DNA from: Octopus vulgaris
Taxonomy: Eukaryota
Direction: 5' to 3'
DNA: 64,000 bases
Assembly (NCBI GenBank): GCA_951406725.2
Contig: OX597814.1
Location: forward strand, 169,074,001 to 169,138,000
The notes under the pieces are model-generated. The model had not been told where the DNA came from. It did not search any database and saw nothing but the letters and a program-made list of their open reading frames with translations. The stretch's first letter is position 1. Each line of letters begins with the position of its first letter. The position numbers and the translations under genes are program-made. Below are positions 39,558 to 54,103 of the stretch, piece by piece.

Positions 39558-39977
39558 GATATAGTTGTTAGAGATCACCAAGAAAAGAATTACTTTCTTA
39601 TCGATGTATCAATACCAACAGATGACAATGTTTCTCTAAAAGAACAGGAGAAACTTTCAAAAAACAAAGATCTGAAAATAGAGGTAATTCAAATGCGGGG
39701 CCTAAAAACAGAAACAATTCCTATCATAGTAGGCGCATTAGATATAATTAAAAAAAACAACAAAAACATTCAGACAAATACATAACAAAAACACTAGAAC
39801 TTATAAGTATATATAACATACAGAAAATAGCACTATTAGGCACCGCACACATCCTACATAAAACACTTTCAATACAGTAAAAATAAAAGTACCACAACAA
39901 ACCACAGCACATACCCAAGGCACACAGAGCTGCGCTCAGTAGGGCAGTGAAAGCACATGATAAAATAAGACTACTGA
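39558..39977 (+). mobile_element. R4/Dong-clade non-LTR retrotransposon 3' end (restriction-like endonuclease)
   Basis: DIVVRDHQEKNYFLIDVSIPTDDNVSLKEQEKLSKNKDLKIE...IPIIVGAL...IQKIALLGTAHILHKTL; ends in (TAA)n, the known Dong target. Confidence 0.85.
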
Positions 39978-40029
39978 TTAATAATAATAATAATAATAAT
40001 AATGATAATAATAATAATAATAATAATAA

Positions 40030-40473
40030 TATTCTGCTCAATACCACAGATTTCTTGTCAGTTGTTTGACCATGACCAGTTAAGCATGTCCCTTAGTGGC
40101 TGACGATATGTGTATCTCTGATCACGAGCATTGGTAGTGGGGGAGCATCATAGCCATGTGTTGAGAGGGAGTCTTTGGGGTTTGAATAATTCACCTCTGG
40201 AAACATGGGTGTTTCGTTCAACATCTTTAAACAACCCTTACTCAGGGACCTTTTGAGCGGGATGGGTTACTCGACCAGAAGAAAATTCTAACTGGACCCC
40301 ACCTGCAAGGCCATGCGCTGTGTATCTTGATATCAGATCACCAGATCGTGCACATATGGTTATGATGCATGTGCCTAGTGTACCCCTATCAGACGGGTAG
40401 TCATGATGGGTATACTGGGCTTCGTATATTATACCCCAGTGTCACTTTGATGGCAAGCACTGCTCTCTCACTC
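40030..40473 (+). mobile_element. Family T element, 5'-truncated
   Basis: Homologous to 41880-42324; flanked by TAA repeats. Confidence 0.85.
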
Positions 40474-41002
40474 AATAACAATAATAGGCGTAACTTCGGT
40501 ATAAATACCGGAAGTACCGGATACATTTCAAGAAAGTGTTTTTTTTAATATATATGGGGAGTGGTAGGGTTACGGTTAGGATTAGGGTTAGGGGTGAGAG
40601 AAAAGGGTTTCTGTTATCTTCAGAAATGTAAACAAAGCCACTTCCGGTACCTACGGTACTTATACCGAAGGATCGCCGTTGGGGGCTACACACTTCAAAA
40701 CGTCGCCGCTTATTTTAACTAACAGCCATCCGATTGATAAGCTGCGTAGATTCGAATTCAAAATATTTTTGCTCACGCTAATCTCACCGTCTTTCATTTA
40801 GTCACGTGAAGTTTTATTCGCTTCTCAGTCATCCACTGACAAGATAAACGATGATTCAAAGCTCTCCCCAATTTTCCTCTCTCTCCCTGCATTCTCTCTC
40901 TCTTTCTCTCTCTGTCTCTGTCGGTCTCTGTCTCTCTCTTCCTCTTTCTTTCTTCGGTGAACCACATCCAGCACAGGAATTGGCTTAATCAGACATTTAT
41001 CT

Positions 41003-41151
41003 ATCTATGAGGTAAGACGTTTCCTTCCCAACCACAAGGTTCTAGCTTCAGTTCCACTTCGTGACACCTTGGATAAGTATCTTGGGCCGACCAAAGCCGT
41101 GTGAGTGGATTTGGTAGACGGAAACTGAAAGCGGCCTGTTGTGAGTGTGTG

Positions 41152-41185
<34 letters not shown>

Positions 41186-41535
41186 TGCCTGTTCCCTCAC
41201 CACCACCACCACTGCTTGACAACCGATGCTGGTGTTTTTACGTTTCCGTAACTTAGCGGTTCGGCAAGGCTTTGAAAAAGAAAATCAGTAATGGAGTCGA
41301 TTCGCTCGAGTGAAATTCTCCAAGGCGGTGTCCCAGCAAGGCTGCAGTCTAATGACTGAAGCAGATAAAAGATAGAGGATAAGCGCAAGTATGGTGTGTG
41401 TTTTAAGAAGCTCGCTTTGCAAGCACTTGGTTTCGGTTTCAGTTCCATTGCGTGGCACCTTAGGAAAGTGTCAAGGGCTGACCAATATCTTATGAGTGGA
41501 TATGGTAGACAAAAACTGTGTGGAAGCCCATCGTA
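41003..41535 (+). mobile_element. Family B SINE plus a second partial copy
   Basis: Homology to family B. Confidence 0.75.
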
Positions 41536-41677
41536 CACACACACGCGCGCATCTTTTAAATTTGTTTTTGTTAACATTTTGAATATGCAAATAAAGCTCC
41601 TATTCCCTTTATGCTAGCCACAGTCTAATGATACTGACTAGGGAGCCAGTTTTGGGGAGTTGCCTCAAGTTATACCG

Positions 41678-41716
<39 letters not shown>

Positions 41717-41733
41717 TAATAATAATAATAATG

Positions 41734-41766
<33 letters not shown>

Positions 41767-41769
<3 letters not shown>

Positions 41770-42324
41770 TGCCCTGATGCAGTACCAGGCAGTGGCTCTC
41801 ATGGCTTCTGATCTTAACTGATTGGAAGTGTTATCATGTACATTGTTTTGTCTTGGTATAAAAGATGGGCTACAGCAAATATTCTGCTCAATACCACAGA
41901 TTTGCTTGTCAGTTGTTTGACCTTAACCAGTTGAGCATGTCCCTTAGTGGCTGGCGATATGTGCATCTCTGATCACGAGCAGAAGTAGTGGGGGAGCATC
42001 ATAGCCATGTGTTGAGAGGGATTCTTTGGGGTTTGAATAGTTCACCTCTGGAAACATGGGTGGTTCTTTCAACATCCTTAAACAACCCTTATTCAGGGAC
42101 CGTTTGAGCAGGATGGGCTACTCAAAATGAAGAAAATTCTAACTGGGCCCCACCTGCAAGGTCATGTGCTGTTTATCTTGATATGAGATCACCATGTCGC
42201 GCACATATGGTTGTGATGCATGTGCCTGGTGTACCTTTATCAGACGGGTAGTCATGATGGGTATATTGGGCTTCGTATATTTTACCCCAGTGTCACTTTG
42301 ATGGCATGAACTGCTCTCTCACTC
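41767..42324 (+). mobile_element. Family T element, apparently full length (~560 bp)
   Basis: (TAA)n-AAATGCCCTGATGCAG...CTCTCTCACTC-(AAT)n; partial extra copy at 42344-42421. Confidence 0.85.
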
Positions 42325-42627
42325 AATGATAATAATAATAATAATGTACATTGTTTTGTTTGGGCATAAAAGATGGGCTACAGCAAATATTCTGCTCAAT
42401 ACCACAGATTTGCTTGTCAGTAACACGAAATAACCTCTAAAATACGAAATTTTGTCAAAAATGTTCAAAGTAAACCTTGTTCTATTTGGGAAATTACACC
42501 AGTATACGAAGTTTCAAACTGTTTAGTTAAAAAAAGATTAATTAAAAAATCTGTGAGCCAAACTGAACAGATCCAGCGGATGTCTGTCTCCAAAACTTCA
42601 AAGTTGAGTAACGTTTTTATACTTGGA

Positions 42628-43025
42628 CTAGCAGTATCGCCCGGCGTTGCTCGGGTTTGTAAGGGAAATAACTATATAAGCATTTTTAGAGAGTTATAGC
42701 CAAAAAATAGCAAAAAAATGCATTAAAAATGGAAAAAAATGATGGTAAATGTTTTTTTAAATCGTTGACTCATCGTAGACATTTTTAGAGAGTTACTTCC
42801 CTTATATAATAGCGAAAAAATGCATTAAAATGGGAAAAAATGATGGTTAATTTTTTTTTTAAATCGTAGACTCATCGTAGACGCGCGCTAATACCCAGAA
42901 GGGCTCGATATGAATCACGACTATAAGATACCCGGTTTTGGTTAAACTGCACCGCAAAATGTGGGAGTAGATAGGAATCTAAATCGTAGGAGACAGACAC
43001 ACAAATTGACTTTTATATATAAAGA
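42628..43025 (-). mobile_element. Complete non-autonomous Helitron (~400 bp)
   Basis: 5' TC, 3' hairpin plus CTAG, inserted between A and T, no TSD. Confidence 0.92.
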
Positions 43026-43234
43026 TTTGTAAAGTACGATAAGAATAACACTGGTCAACAAAGAATTTGTCCCAAGGAAAAGAATACGTTTTTGCATGCA
43101 GAATTCAAAAGTAATGTCAAGTGATCTGTACTAAGTTCACATATTCCATTCTCCTTCATAATGCCAAGAAACTGTATAAACATCGCAAGCAATTTTTGCT
43201 TTATATGAAAAATATGTAAAATATTAAGACAATT

Positions 43235-43592
43235 TACCAACGACATGGTTCCGGGTTCCTGCGTGGCACCTTGGGCAAGTGTCTTCTACTATAGCCTCGG
43301 GCCGACCAAAGCCTTGTGAGTGGATTTGGTAGACGGAAACTGAAAGAAGCCCGTCGTATATATGTATATATATATATACATATGTGTGTGTGTGTATGTT
43401 TGTGTGTCTAGCATTACTTGACAACCGATGCTGGTGTGTTTATGTCCCCGTCACCTAGCGGTTCAGCAAAAGGGACCGATAGAATAAGTACTGGGCTTAC
43501 AAAGAATAAGTCCCGGGGTCGAGTTGCTCGATTAAAGGCGGTGCTTTAGCATGGCCGCAGTCAAATGACTGAAACCAGCAAAAGAGTAAAGA
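43235..43592 (+). mobile_element. Family B SINE, 5'-truncated
   Basis: Homology to family B. Confidence 0.85.
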
Positions 43593-44049
43593 GCAATTGG
43601 CAAAAAATATCTATAATAAAATTCTAATTGATAAATATAATTTTTTTTATTAAAACAAAACACGCGGGGGAAGTAAATCTCGTGGTGTGCGGGTGGAACA
43701 CAACACAATGTGCGGTTGTCATGGTAACAAGCTGTTAATGCCTCGCTCTCTGTTGATTGGCTAAAATTACCCAAATGTTCCGGCTTTAATTCCAAATAAC
43801 ATCAGATTCTTTAATTTACGAGATAAAGTAATTGGTTAATCGTAATCAAAATTCAGAGTTGCATCGATACACCAAAATTGAAAGCAATCTGAGCAAAATT
43901 AAAGGGGGCTCATTTTGCGAACGAAAAAGACTAGATCCTCTCCAAGAGTCTGTAAATATTTATCTCAAATACAAATACAAACTACACTAATTCTTCACTG
44001 TTGTAGCATACGTTTCTGCACAACTAAACATTAACGCAAGGAGTAAATC

Positions 44050-44792
44050 AATTATTAACAAATATATTAACAAACAAATATATCTAAAAAAAGAAGACTC
44101 TAGGATGACTACTCAGCAACTAAAATCTAAAAAAAAATAGACTAAGAATGAAACAGACCTTCTAATAAATTCATGGTACTGTCTTGCCCAAACGGAAAAC
44201 GAAGACACATCATGCCGGAACATAATAGCCAGACGTACATTTCAACTCTTAGGAAATCGTTCCGAGAAGCAGAACTAAAAGAAATTGAAGTGGCGTTTGA
44301 ATTATTTAATAGACATTTTGAAAAACTCCAACGTGTTTTCTCTTCAAATACTGTTCAACAGCAACCACCACCACCGCCGCCGCCGCCGCCGCCACGGCGA
44401 CAGCAACAAGAACAGCAACAACCGTCACAGCAGGGAGACTGTCTCAGCATCAACCTTTAACACTCCTCAATTCAACCACAATTGGTGACCTACGGTCAAC
44501 TTTTCAGCGTCCGGCTGTTCACAGCCCATTCGACCAGAGTTTGTTACTCACTCGTCAACAGCGGCAATAATTACAATAACAAGAATCACAACAACAACAA
44601 CAATTACAACTACAACAACCACCACAAAAACAGCAACGGCCACAGCTTCAAACTACTACTATCCCAGTTTGTGATCAACCAACCAAATGCTTACTTGAAG
44701 ACCCCTTAATGAATTTGCCAAACACAAATGTACACAAATTACTTAACTCCATGTCCCCCTACATGGCCTTGCTATTTGCTTTTGAGCCAAAT

Positions 44793-44824
<32 letters not shown>

Positions 44825-45805
44825 AAATTAAAATCCATACTTCTCACTGCCTACACAAGAAACCCCAAAATATGCCGTTATTCATTATGCAAGAGGCTGT
44901 GCACTGACACTGATTGCAAATTCACGCATTTACCAGGGACTTAGACGCTCAGTTGCCGCTACCACCAAAGTGCACATTATAAAACAACGTCACCACCACG
45001 ACCCTCACCAAATACCAAAGCCAAATTAAAAAAAAACAACACTCATGTAACACCGAACCCTAAAATCTGCCGCTATTCCTAGCATGACGGATTATATCTA
45101 CAACATAATTGTCCATTTATCCATCTCCCGGGGATTCGTCGCACAAATAAAAATATAAACGGGACCCCTAACAAATACAAAACCCACAACTACAAACATT
45201 TTCAGTTCCCCAAACAGAACTCATTTTTAGCCGTGATGAATCTCGCAAAAGAGCTATAAAAGAACATTCTAGCCATCACACAATGCCACCTTCCACCACC
45301 ACCCTGTTGCACAAACTCCCATTGCTGCCATTAACAAGCAAATCACCAAAACAGTCAAAATCAACCGCCACTATCGCCTCAACATTTTTACTCAATGCAC
45401 AAGGCATCAGCCCTTCCACCAAATCCCCAAAATGGAAGATCCAATTTGTTGAGGATTGGGTTAATGACCATCAACACCATATCCCTTTCTTCGTCCTCAC
45501 AGAGACCCATCTGAATAACCTCTACTTGGAAGCTGAGGTGAGAGTGAAGAATTTTACAGCTATCCGTGCAGATTGTGTCGGCAGAAGAAAGGGTAGGACC
45601 GCCATTTTCGTGCACGATTCTTTTTCGGCTGAAGCAATGGACGTATTTACCAATGGCTACTGTGGAGCAGCTTCTGTGTATAGTAAAACTAACAATTTAA
45701 TAGTAGTTGGGCTCTATAGACCACTCCTAACTCCTTTACTACGTTTCAAGGAATGCCTCAACAGTATTTAAGCGTTTCATCCATCAGTGTCATGCTGACA
45801 ACATA
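44050..45805 (+). mobile_element. LINE 5' portion: decayed ORF1 and start of AP-endonuclease (CR1-like)
   Basis: LLNAQGI...FVLTETHL...IRADCVGRRKGRTAIFVH...IVVGLYRP (45283-45771). Upstream Q/P/N-rich and Cys/His-containing frames. Confidence 0.75.
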
Positions 45806-46589
45806 TGACTGGAACAATTTTGATATTTTCTATTCAATTAAAGCAGATTTAGATTAAAACAACAGCAGTCGAACCGACTCATAATGCAGAATCTTCCAAA
45901 AGAATTTACTTTACGCTAACAAAAAAAAAAAAAAAGAAACGTTAGAGTTCAAATCTTTCAGGGCCAACTTTGTCTTTCATCTTTTCGAGGTCAATAAAAT
46001 AGAGAAGCAATCAATATAACTGATTTTTCTAGTCACCCAAAATTTCTGGCATTATTCTTATGTTAGAGACTTTGTTAATATTAATCTTCTTCCCCGTTGG
46101 GGGAGAAAAAAAACATGTTTCAGCGCCATTCAGATTTGTCCCTGAACAATTTCTCTGTCCCGGTCGTCAGAGCTCACCACCTCCGCATCATTGTTGTCCA
46201 TTTATCCATCTCCTGGGGACTCGTCGCACAAATAAAAATATTTTATTTGTTTGGGCAAGACAGTACCATGAATTTATTAGAAGGTCTGTTTCATTCTTAG
46301 TCTATTTTTTTTTTTAGATTTTAGTTGTTGAGTAGTCATCCTAGAGTTTTCTTTTTTTTTAATATATTTGTTTGTTAATATATTTGTTAATATTTTAAAT
46401 TTTAATTCTATTATTCTGTAAAATAATATTTAATTAGTTTAAATGTACACAAATGCATAAAAATAATTTTAAATTCCATTAGACATTCTAAAATACTATT
46501 AAATTTCATTCAATTTTAAAAAAAGGTAACATCGGACAAAACTTATGGGATGACCTGATAGAATTGAAAAAAAATTCAAATTCATAAAT

Positions 46590-46807
46590 ATTCTTTTCTA
46601 CTCTAGGCACAAGGCCCAAACTTTTTTGGGGGTGGGACCAGTCGATTAGATCGACTCCAGTACACAACTGGTACTTAATTTATCAACCCCCGAAAGGATG
46701 AAAAGCAAAGCCGACCTCGGCGGAATTTGAATTCAGAACATAAAGACACACGAAATACTGTTAAGCATTTCGCCGGCATGCTAATGTTTCTGCAGTCTCG
46801 CCACCTT
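46590..46807 (-). mobile_element. Family A SINE (variant tail)
   Basis: Homology to family A; counterpart at 53890-54103. Confidence 0.85.
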
Positions 46808-47622
46808 CAAATTCGTAAATATTAAGGTAGATATTGAGCAATATCGTATGAACATGGAAAAATTGTTACCTAATGAATGTATGGAGTGCAGAAACATATG
46901 TTGAGATACTTTAATAATAAAGCCTATAAATTTCTGTCCGCAAGTTATTATTGTTATATTTGTAGCGAGACCTATCTCTGTTGTGGCATATTTTAGTCAA
47001 CTAACCTTTCATAGGCTCCATATGTTAATCTTTAATGATTGGTTGTTTGACCTATCATACGAATTTGGATCATTTGGTTGAGTCTTGTATCTTGATTGGT
47101 CGAATATTGCGCGGGATATAGATCTCGGATTCAATCACATTTGCGTAATACTTTCTAAATATGTGACCTGAACAGTCACTGAGAGCATATGTTTGTCTAA
47201 ATATTGGGTTAACAAAACCTCTATGACGGAGAGGTGAGAGGATTCCAAGAGGACGAGTCATGATAGTTTCCTTTTGCTATAACGAAGCACTTGTAACCAA
47301 CGACGGACAGAGCTAAATTACCCAAAGGATGGATGAACAGTACAACTACCAGAATCCATGACGTGTTAATTGGTCAACTGTATAATTTAGCAGATGAATA
47401 ATGTCTCGTTGTTATTCTAAGTTTGTTTTTTGCTTTATTTCCACGAGTTAACACGCAACACATGTTATATAATGGTATCCAAAATTCCGCCGCAAACCAA
47501 GAGAGACTTTATAACCACTCCAGCTAAATATTTATCCTAAGCTGAAAGGAGTTTCACATTGTATAACCATATCACCGGATTACCCTGGAAGAATGAATTA
47601 ATAGGTGGTAGCCGACAGCGCG

Positions 47623-47740
47623 AAGCATAGGAGTTTTAAGATCGCATTTTGAGGCTTTTGCGCAAACGAAACTAAACGGATAAGCATAGGAGTTTTAAGA
47701 TCGCATTTTGAGGCTTTTGCGCAAACGAAACTAAACGGAT
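47623..47740. repeat. Perfect 59-bp tandem duplication
   Basis: AAGCATAGGAG...AACGGAT twice. Confidence 0.95.
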
Positions 47741-47798
47741 TATGGATATTAGGCCTCATTTGTTAAACCATAAGATTTTGGGAGAATCTTGGAATAAG

Positions 47799-47930
47799 GT
47801 CACTGAACAACTAAAAGCTCGATTTCTACCTAGTCCAGTGGTCATTAAAAAACGCATTGAAGGCTTGATAGAGCGAGAATATTTGGCTAGAACACCTGAA
47901 GACAGAAAAATGTATACATATCTTGCATAA
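47799..47930 (+). pseudogene. CUL3: Cullin-3 C-terminal coding fragment (terminal exon-like, apparently orphan)
   Basis: [43 protein letters not shown] closely matches the conserved CUL3 C-terminus. Preceded by AG but no polypyrimidine tract; no upstream exons recognised. Confidence 0.8.
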
Positions 47931-48180
47931 TGAGTTGTCACCTAGCCAGCAGCTACAAGTCAACATCCAGTGTTTTATGCCATTTAATGTGATTGTATAT
48001 AGATATAAATAATAATAAAAAAGTCAATAATTGCACCATTACATGCTGTTATGATCCAACGATGCATTCTTTATGCTATCTGAGCAATTGTCTTTAAACT
48101 ATTGGCAGTATGTTTTATGGTTAAAAAACAACAACTAAATAAGCTAACTATTCAAATTGACCTTGCTGAAGATTCTTCGT

Positions 48181-50220
<2,040 letters not shown>

Positions 50221-50260
50221 TCTTATATGTATGTGTATATATGTCGTATATATATATATA

Positions 50261-51990
50261 CTAGCAGCTAAGCCCAGTTCTGCCTGATCAGAGAACGACG
50301 CGAAGAGAGAAACGAAGACATAAAAAAAGGAAGTAGACACGAAGTAGTGTTGGGCGACGGATCTTGGTAGAAAAAAAGAATATCATGGTGAGTTAGTAAG
50401 GAGACCAAAGCAAGAATTGACTTACGTGGGCTGGCAGGGTGATGAAAAAATTACGGAGTTGAAATTGGAGCAGTAGAAGTTGCCGTTGTTATCATTGGAG
50501 TGCCTCTTGGTAGACAACATTTTTCTTTCTTCCCTCGGGTGCACAAATAGAAAGACCATGGGGATAGCTAACGTACAGTTGTGCGTGTGAGAATACTTGC
50601 TCTGTCAGATTCGAACCAACCGCTTGCACTGATTGTCCCTGCGCCTTGTTGACTGTCGTGGGAAAGCAGAGTTTGATGGGAAATTGCACCTGTTTAAACT
50701 TGTAGGTCGTATCGGAGTGGGTAAGGGACATGTGAGTTATAAGTATGTCTTTGCCAACGGCCGGTTCATTCAAGATTGCTGCCGGCAGAACTCGGGAGCA
50801 CAATTTTTTGATAATCATCCGCGTACCTTTGCACATTATTGGAGCATTTAAATTCCTTAGCAGCATGATTGGCGCGCCAACCTTCAGATGCATTTCGTGG
50901 GGTGGTAGTTCTGCGGGTCCCCACTTTCGTCAGATTTGTCATGGGCCGGCCGGTGTATCTCAGATACATGGGGAGCCGAATTAGATTTTTCATCAACACA
51001 GGCGAGCCGAAATAAATTTTTTCAATGTCCAAGGGAAGCCAAATCGAGAAAAAAGGTTGAGAAATGCTGATCTATAACGATGGTTTTTATTTAGGCACAT
51101 CGTAAAAGTAATTATAACGAAATGCTAAATATAAAGAAAAGTATGTTTTTTTTTCAAGAAAATACAGTTAGAAAAAATATTTGCCACTTCAAGTCATCAA
51201 CTAAAAACAAAGCTCATCAATTTTTGTATGAAATAATAGTTTTATTCTTTTATTCTAAGTTGTACATTTTGCCCAAGAAATAAAGCAAATAATCACCAAA
51301 TGCATTGTTAAAATTCTGCAACTCGATAACAAATATCTCCAAATTGATTAGAAATGCATAAATTTAATAATAATGACGCTAAATAAAATTTGGTCGAGAA
51401 ATACCAAATAAATTACTTCATATCAACAAAAAACAGACACGTACCTTTATAGAGAACAGATTGTACTCAAGTGAAACATTCAAAATACACGCCGTTGGAT
51501 TTTTCTTTTCAGCGTTGAATGTTAACCATCCCATTTCCATTGTGAGCGCACACGCACACACACACACGCATGCGTACACACATTCGCATACCCTACCCTT
51601 TTACATACACACACACACACATATATTCACACAGTTGAAACGCTGACATCACCTCTTCCTTTCTCATTCATAAACACAAGAGTATTATGATAGGAGATTA
51701 TCTCGGTAACCATAGGAGCTATGAAAAAAATAAAAAGCCCAGCATCACCACGAAAAAAATGACATCACCCTTCCTTCCTTATTCATCTATCATCCCTTCC
51801 TTTCTCATTCATAAACACGAGAGTATTATTATAGTAGATTATCTCAGTAACCATAGGAGCTATGAAAAAAGTAAAAAGCCCAGCATCACCACCGCATCAT
51901 TCTATACATCTGTGTAATTTTTCGCGCAATTCTACCCAGCCGTTTGACTGCGAAACGCAAGACAAGAAAGAATCGCCCATGTCAAATTTA
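50261..51990 (-). mobile_element. Internally deleted Helitron
   Basis: CTAG terminus at 50261-50264 with a degenerate hairpin and an internal helicase fragment. 5' boundary approximate. Confidence 0.65.
50492..50893 (-). pseudogene. Helitron PIF1-like helicase C-terminal fragment
   Basis: LKVGAPIMLLRNL..CKGTR..QFPIKLCFPTTVNKAQGQS..VFSHAQLYV..KNVVYQEAL. Confidence 0.92.
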
Positions 51991-52048
51991 TATGCATATA
52001 CACACACACACGCATACATACACATATATACACATACATATATATTTA

Positions 52049-52103
<55 letters not shown>

Positions 52104-52206
52104 GCACACACACACACACGTATATAATTGTTAAAGAGGACAACAAACGCTAAGGCAAGACAAACATCTCAAGTCATATACGTTATTATTATTGGAAAAA
52201 CTGAAA

Positions 52207-52262
52207 GTCTTACAGCTGTTTCTGGGATATCCCAAAGTATGGGATATTCCGTCATCAGAGAC
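52207..52262 (-). ncRNA. Type I hammerhead ribozyme (Penelope-type, palindromic stem III)
   Basis: GUCU-CUGAUGA-[stem II, 10 of 12 pairs]-GAA-ACAGCUGU-A|AGAC. Confidence 0.8.
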
Positions 52263-53136
52263 AAATAGGGAAAATGTGAAGGGTATAGATTAATGAAACG
52301 ATGACATAGAGAACAGGAGAAAAGGAATAAAGAAATGAAGAAGAAGAGAAGCATAAAAGTTCACAGTTCAAGTTTCCGATAGTGTAGATGTTAGTCCATA
52401 AGTCACTAGGTACAATCTTGTGTAAATCCATGTATGGTTATAGCTTTAATAGAATAAATATCCAGAGATATGTTCATATTGGAGTTTCGCCGCGAATGTC
52501 AATGTCGTTTCCTGGCAGAGTGAATTGCGTCATAGTGCTGTTTTTCTCACAGACGGTGTCCAACCGATCCTACCATATTGTGTAGTCGACAAAATCAAAA
52601 ACAATGCACAAGCGTGAAATTAAACATATCAAAATGGCGACTATTTACCCATCGCACCCTATATATATATAAATACACACACACATACATATGTGTGTAT
52701 GTATATATGTTAATATGTACGTATGTGTCTGTAGTGTTATAGTAAGTATCACTATAGCTTTTGTAGAAAAAAAGAAAGGAAAGAAAAAAAAAACAGAAGA
52801 AAACTTTTATTTCAAGAGATTATAAATGAAAACTGCTGGTTGTTGTAGAAAGTGTAAAGTTACAACATGGTACCGGAAGTCGATGTTGAAATAACGTCAA
52901 CACAGGCGACAACTGAAAGGAAATAACGTAAAATTTAAAGTTCGTCAACTTGACGAAAACGAAGTGTTGTCTAGCTTAAAAATGCAGAAATTCCAATACA
53001 CTTTATGACTTGAAACAGAACCAACAAATATGATAGTCAGATCCTCTGTGTGGCTCTATATGGTCCTTCAGCTTGCTAGAAAAAGCAGCAAAATTTCACT
53101 TCAGTTTTACCCTTACTGTCTTTAGAAATGTAATAT

Positions 53137-53359
53137 ATGTTTCTTTATTACCCACAAGGGGCTAAACATAGAGGGGACAAACAAGGACAGACGAATTAAG
53201 TCGATTGCATCGACCCCAGTGCGTAACTGGTACTTAATTTATCGACCTCGAAAGGATGAAAGGCAAAGTCGACCTCGGCGGAATTTGAACCCAGAATGTA
53301 ACGGCAGACGAAATACGGCTACGCATTTCGTCCGGCGTGCTAACGTTTCTGCCAGCTCG
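53137..53359 (-). mobile_element. Family A SINE
   Basis: Homology to family A. Confidence 0.9.
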
Positions 53360-53889
53360 AAGTTGGAATAATATGTTTGATGTGTCTGAATAAAAGATGG
53401 GATAGTCATGACTGGAACTATTTTGATGTTGTCTATTCAATTAAAGCAGATCTAGGTTAAAACAACAGCAGTCGAACCGACTGACTCTGCAGAATCTTCC
53501 ACAAGAATTTACTTAACGCTAACAAAAGAATGTGCTTAAAAAATTAATTATAAGCGAATCCGATCCGGCCCAGTTTCGTGCCGCATTTAACTGATTTAAT
53601 TTTTTTAGTACCTTACAATTCGGTTTTTTTTTCTTGACAACCATCGGGACAAGAAGCGCTCCTCCCGAACAGAAGTTCGTGAGATGGTTGTGATTTGTAA
53701 ACAGTTTTGAGTACGAACCGGAAAGAGACGTATGAACATGCAATACGCATGTCAAAATTAAACGAAAGAAAATAAAAACGCAATGCGAATGTCAGACGAG
53801 TTACATGATGGTCTGCATGCCACGTCTGACATCACCATCATGCAGCTTTGCTGAAATTTCCTTGTTTAAAAAAAAAATTTCCCTTTTTA

Positions 53890-54103
53890 TTCTTTTCTAT
53901 CATTTTGGCACAAGGCCAGCAATTTTGGAGGAGCGAGTAAATTGATTACATCGACCCCAGTATTTAATAGGTGCTTATTTTATCAACCCCAAAAAGATGA
54001 AAAGTAAAGTCGATCTCGGCGGAATTTGAACTCAGAACGTAAAGACGTACTAAATACCGGATAAGCATTTTGCCCGGCATGCTAATGATTCTGCAAGTTC
54101 GCC
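53890..54103 (-). mobile_element. Family A SINE (variant tail)
   Basis: Homology to family A. Confidence 0.8.

Noticed and set aside
39109-40711. Possible hAT element enclosing the Dong remnant
   Set aside because: Terminal match is weak and no TSD was found.
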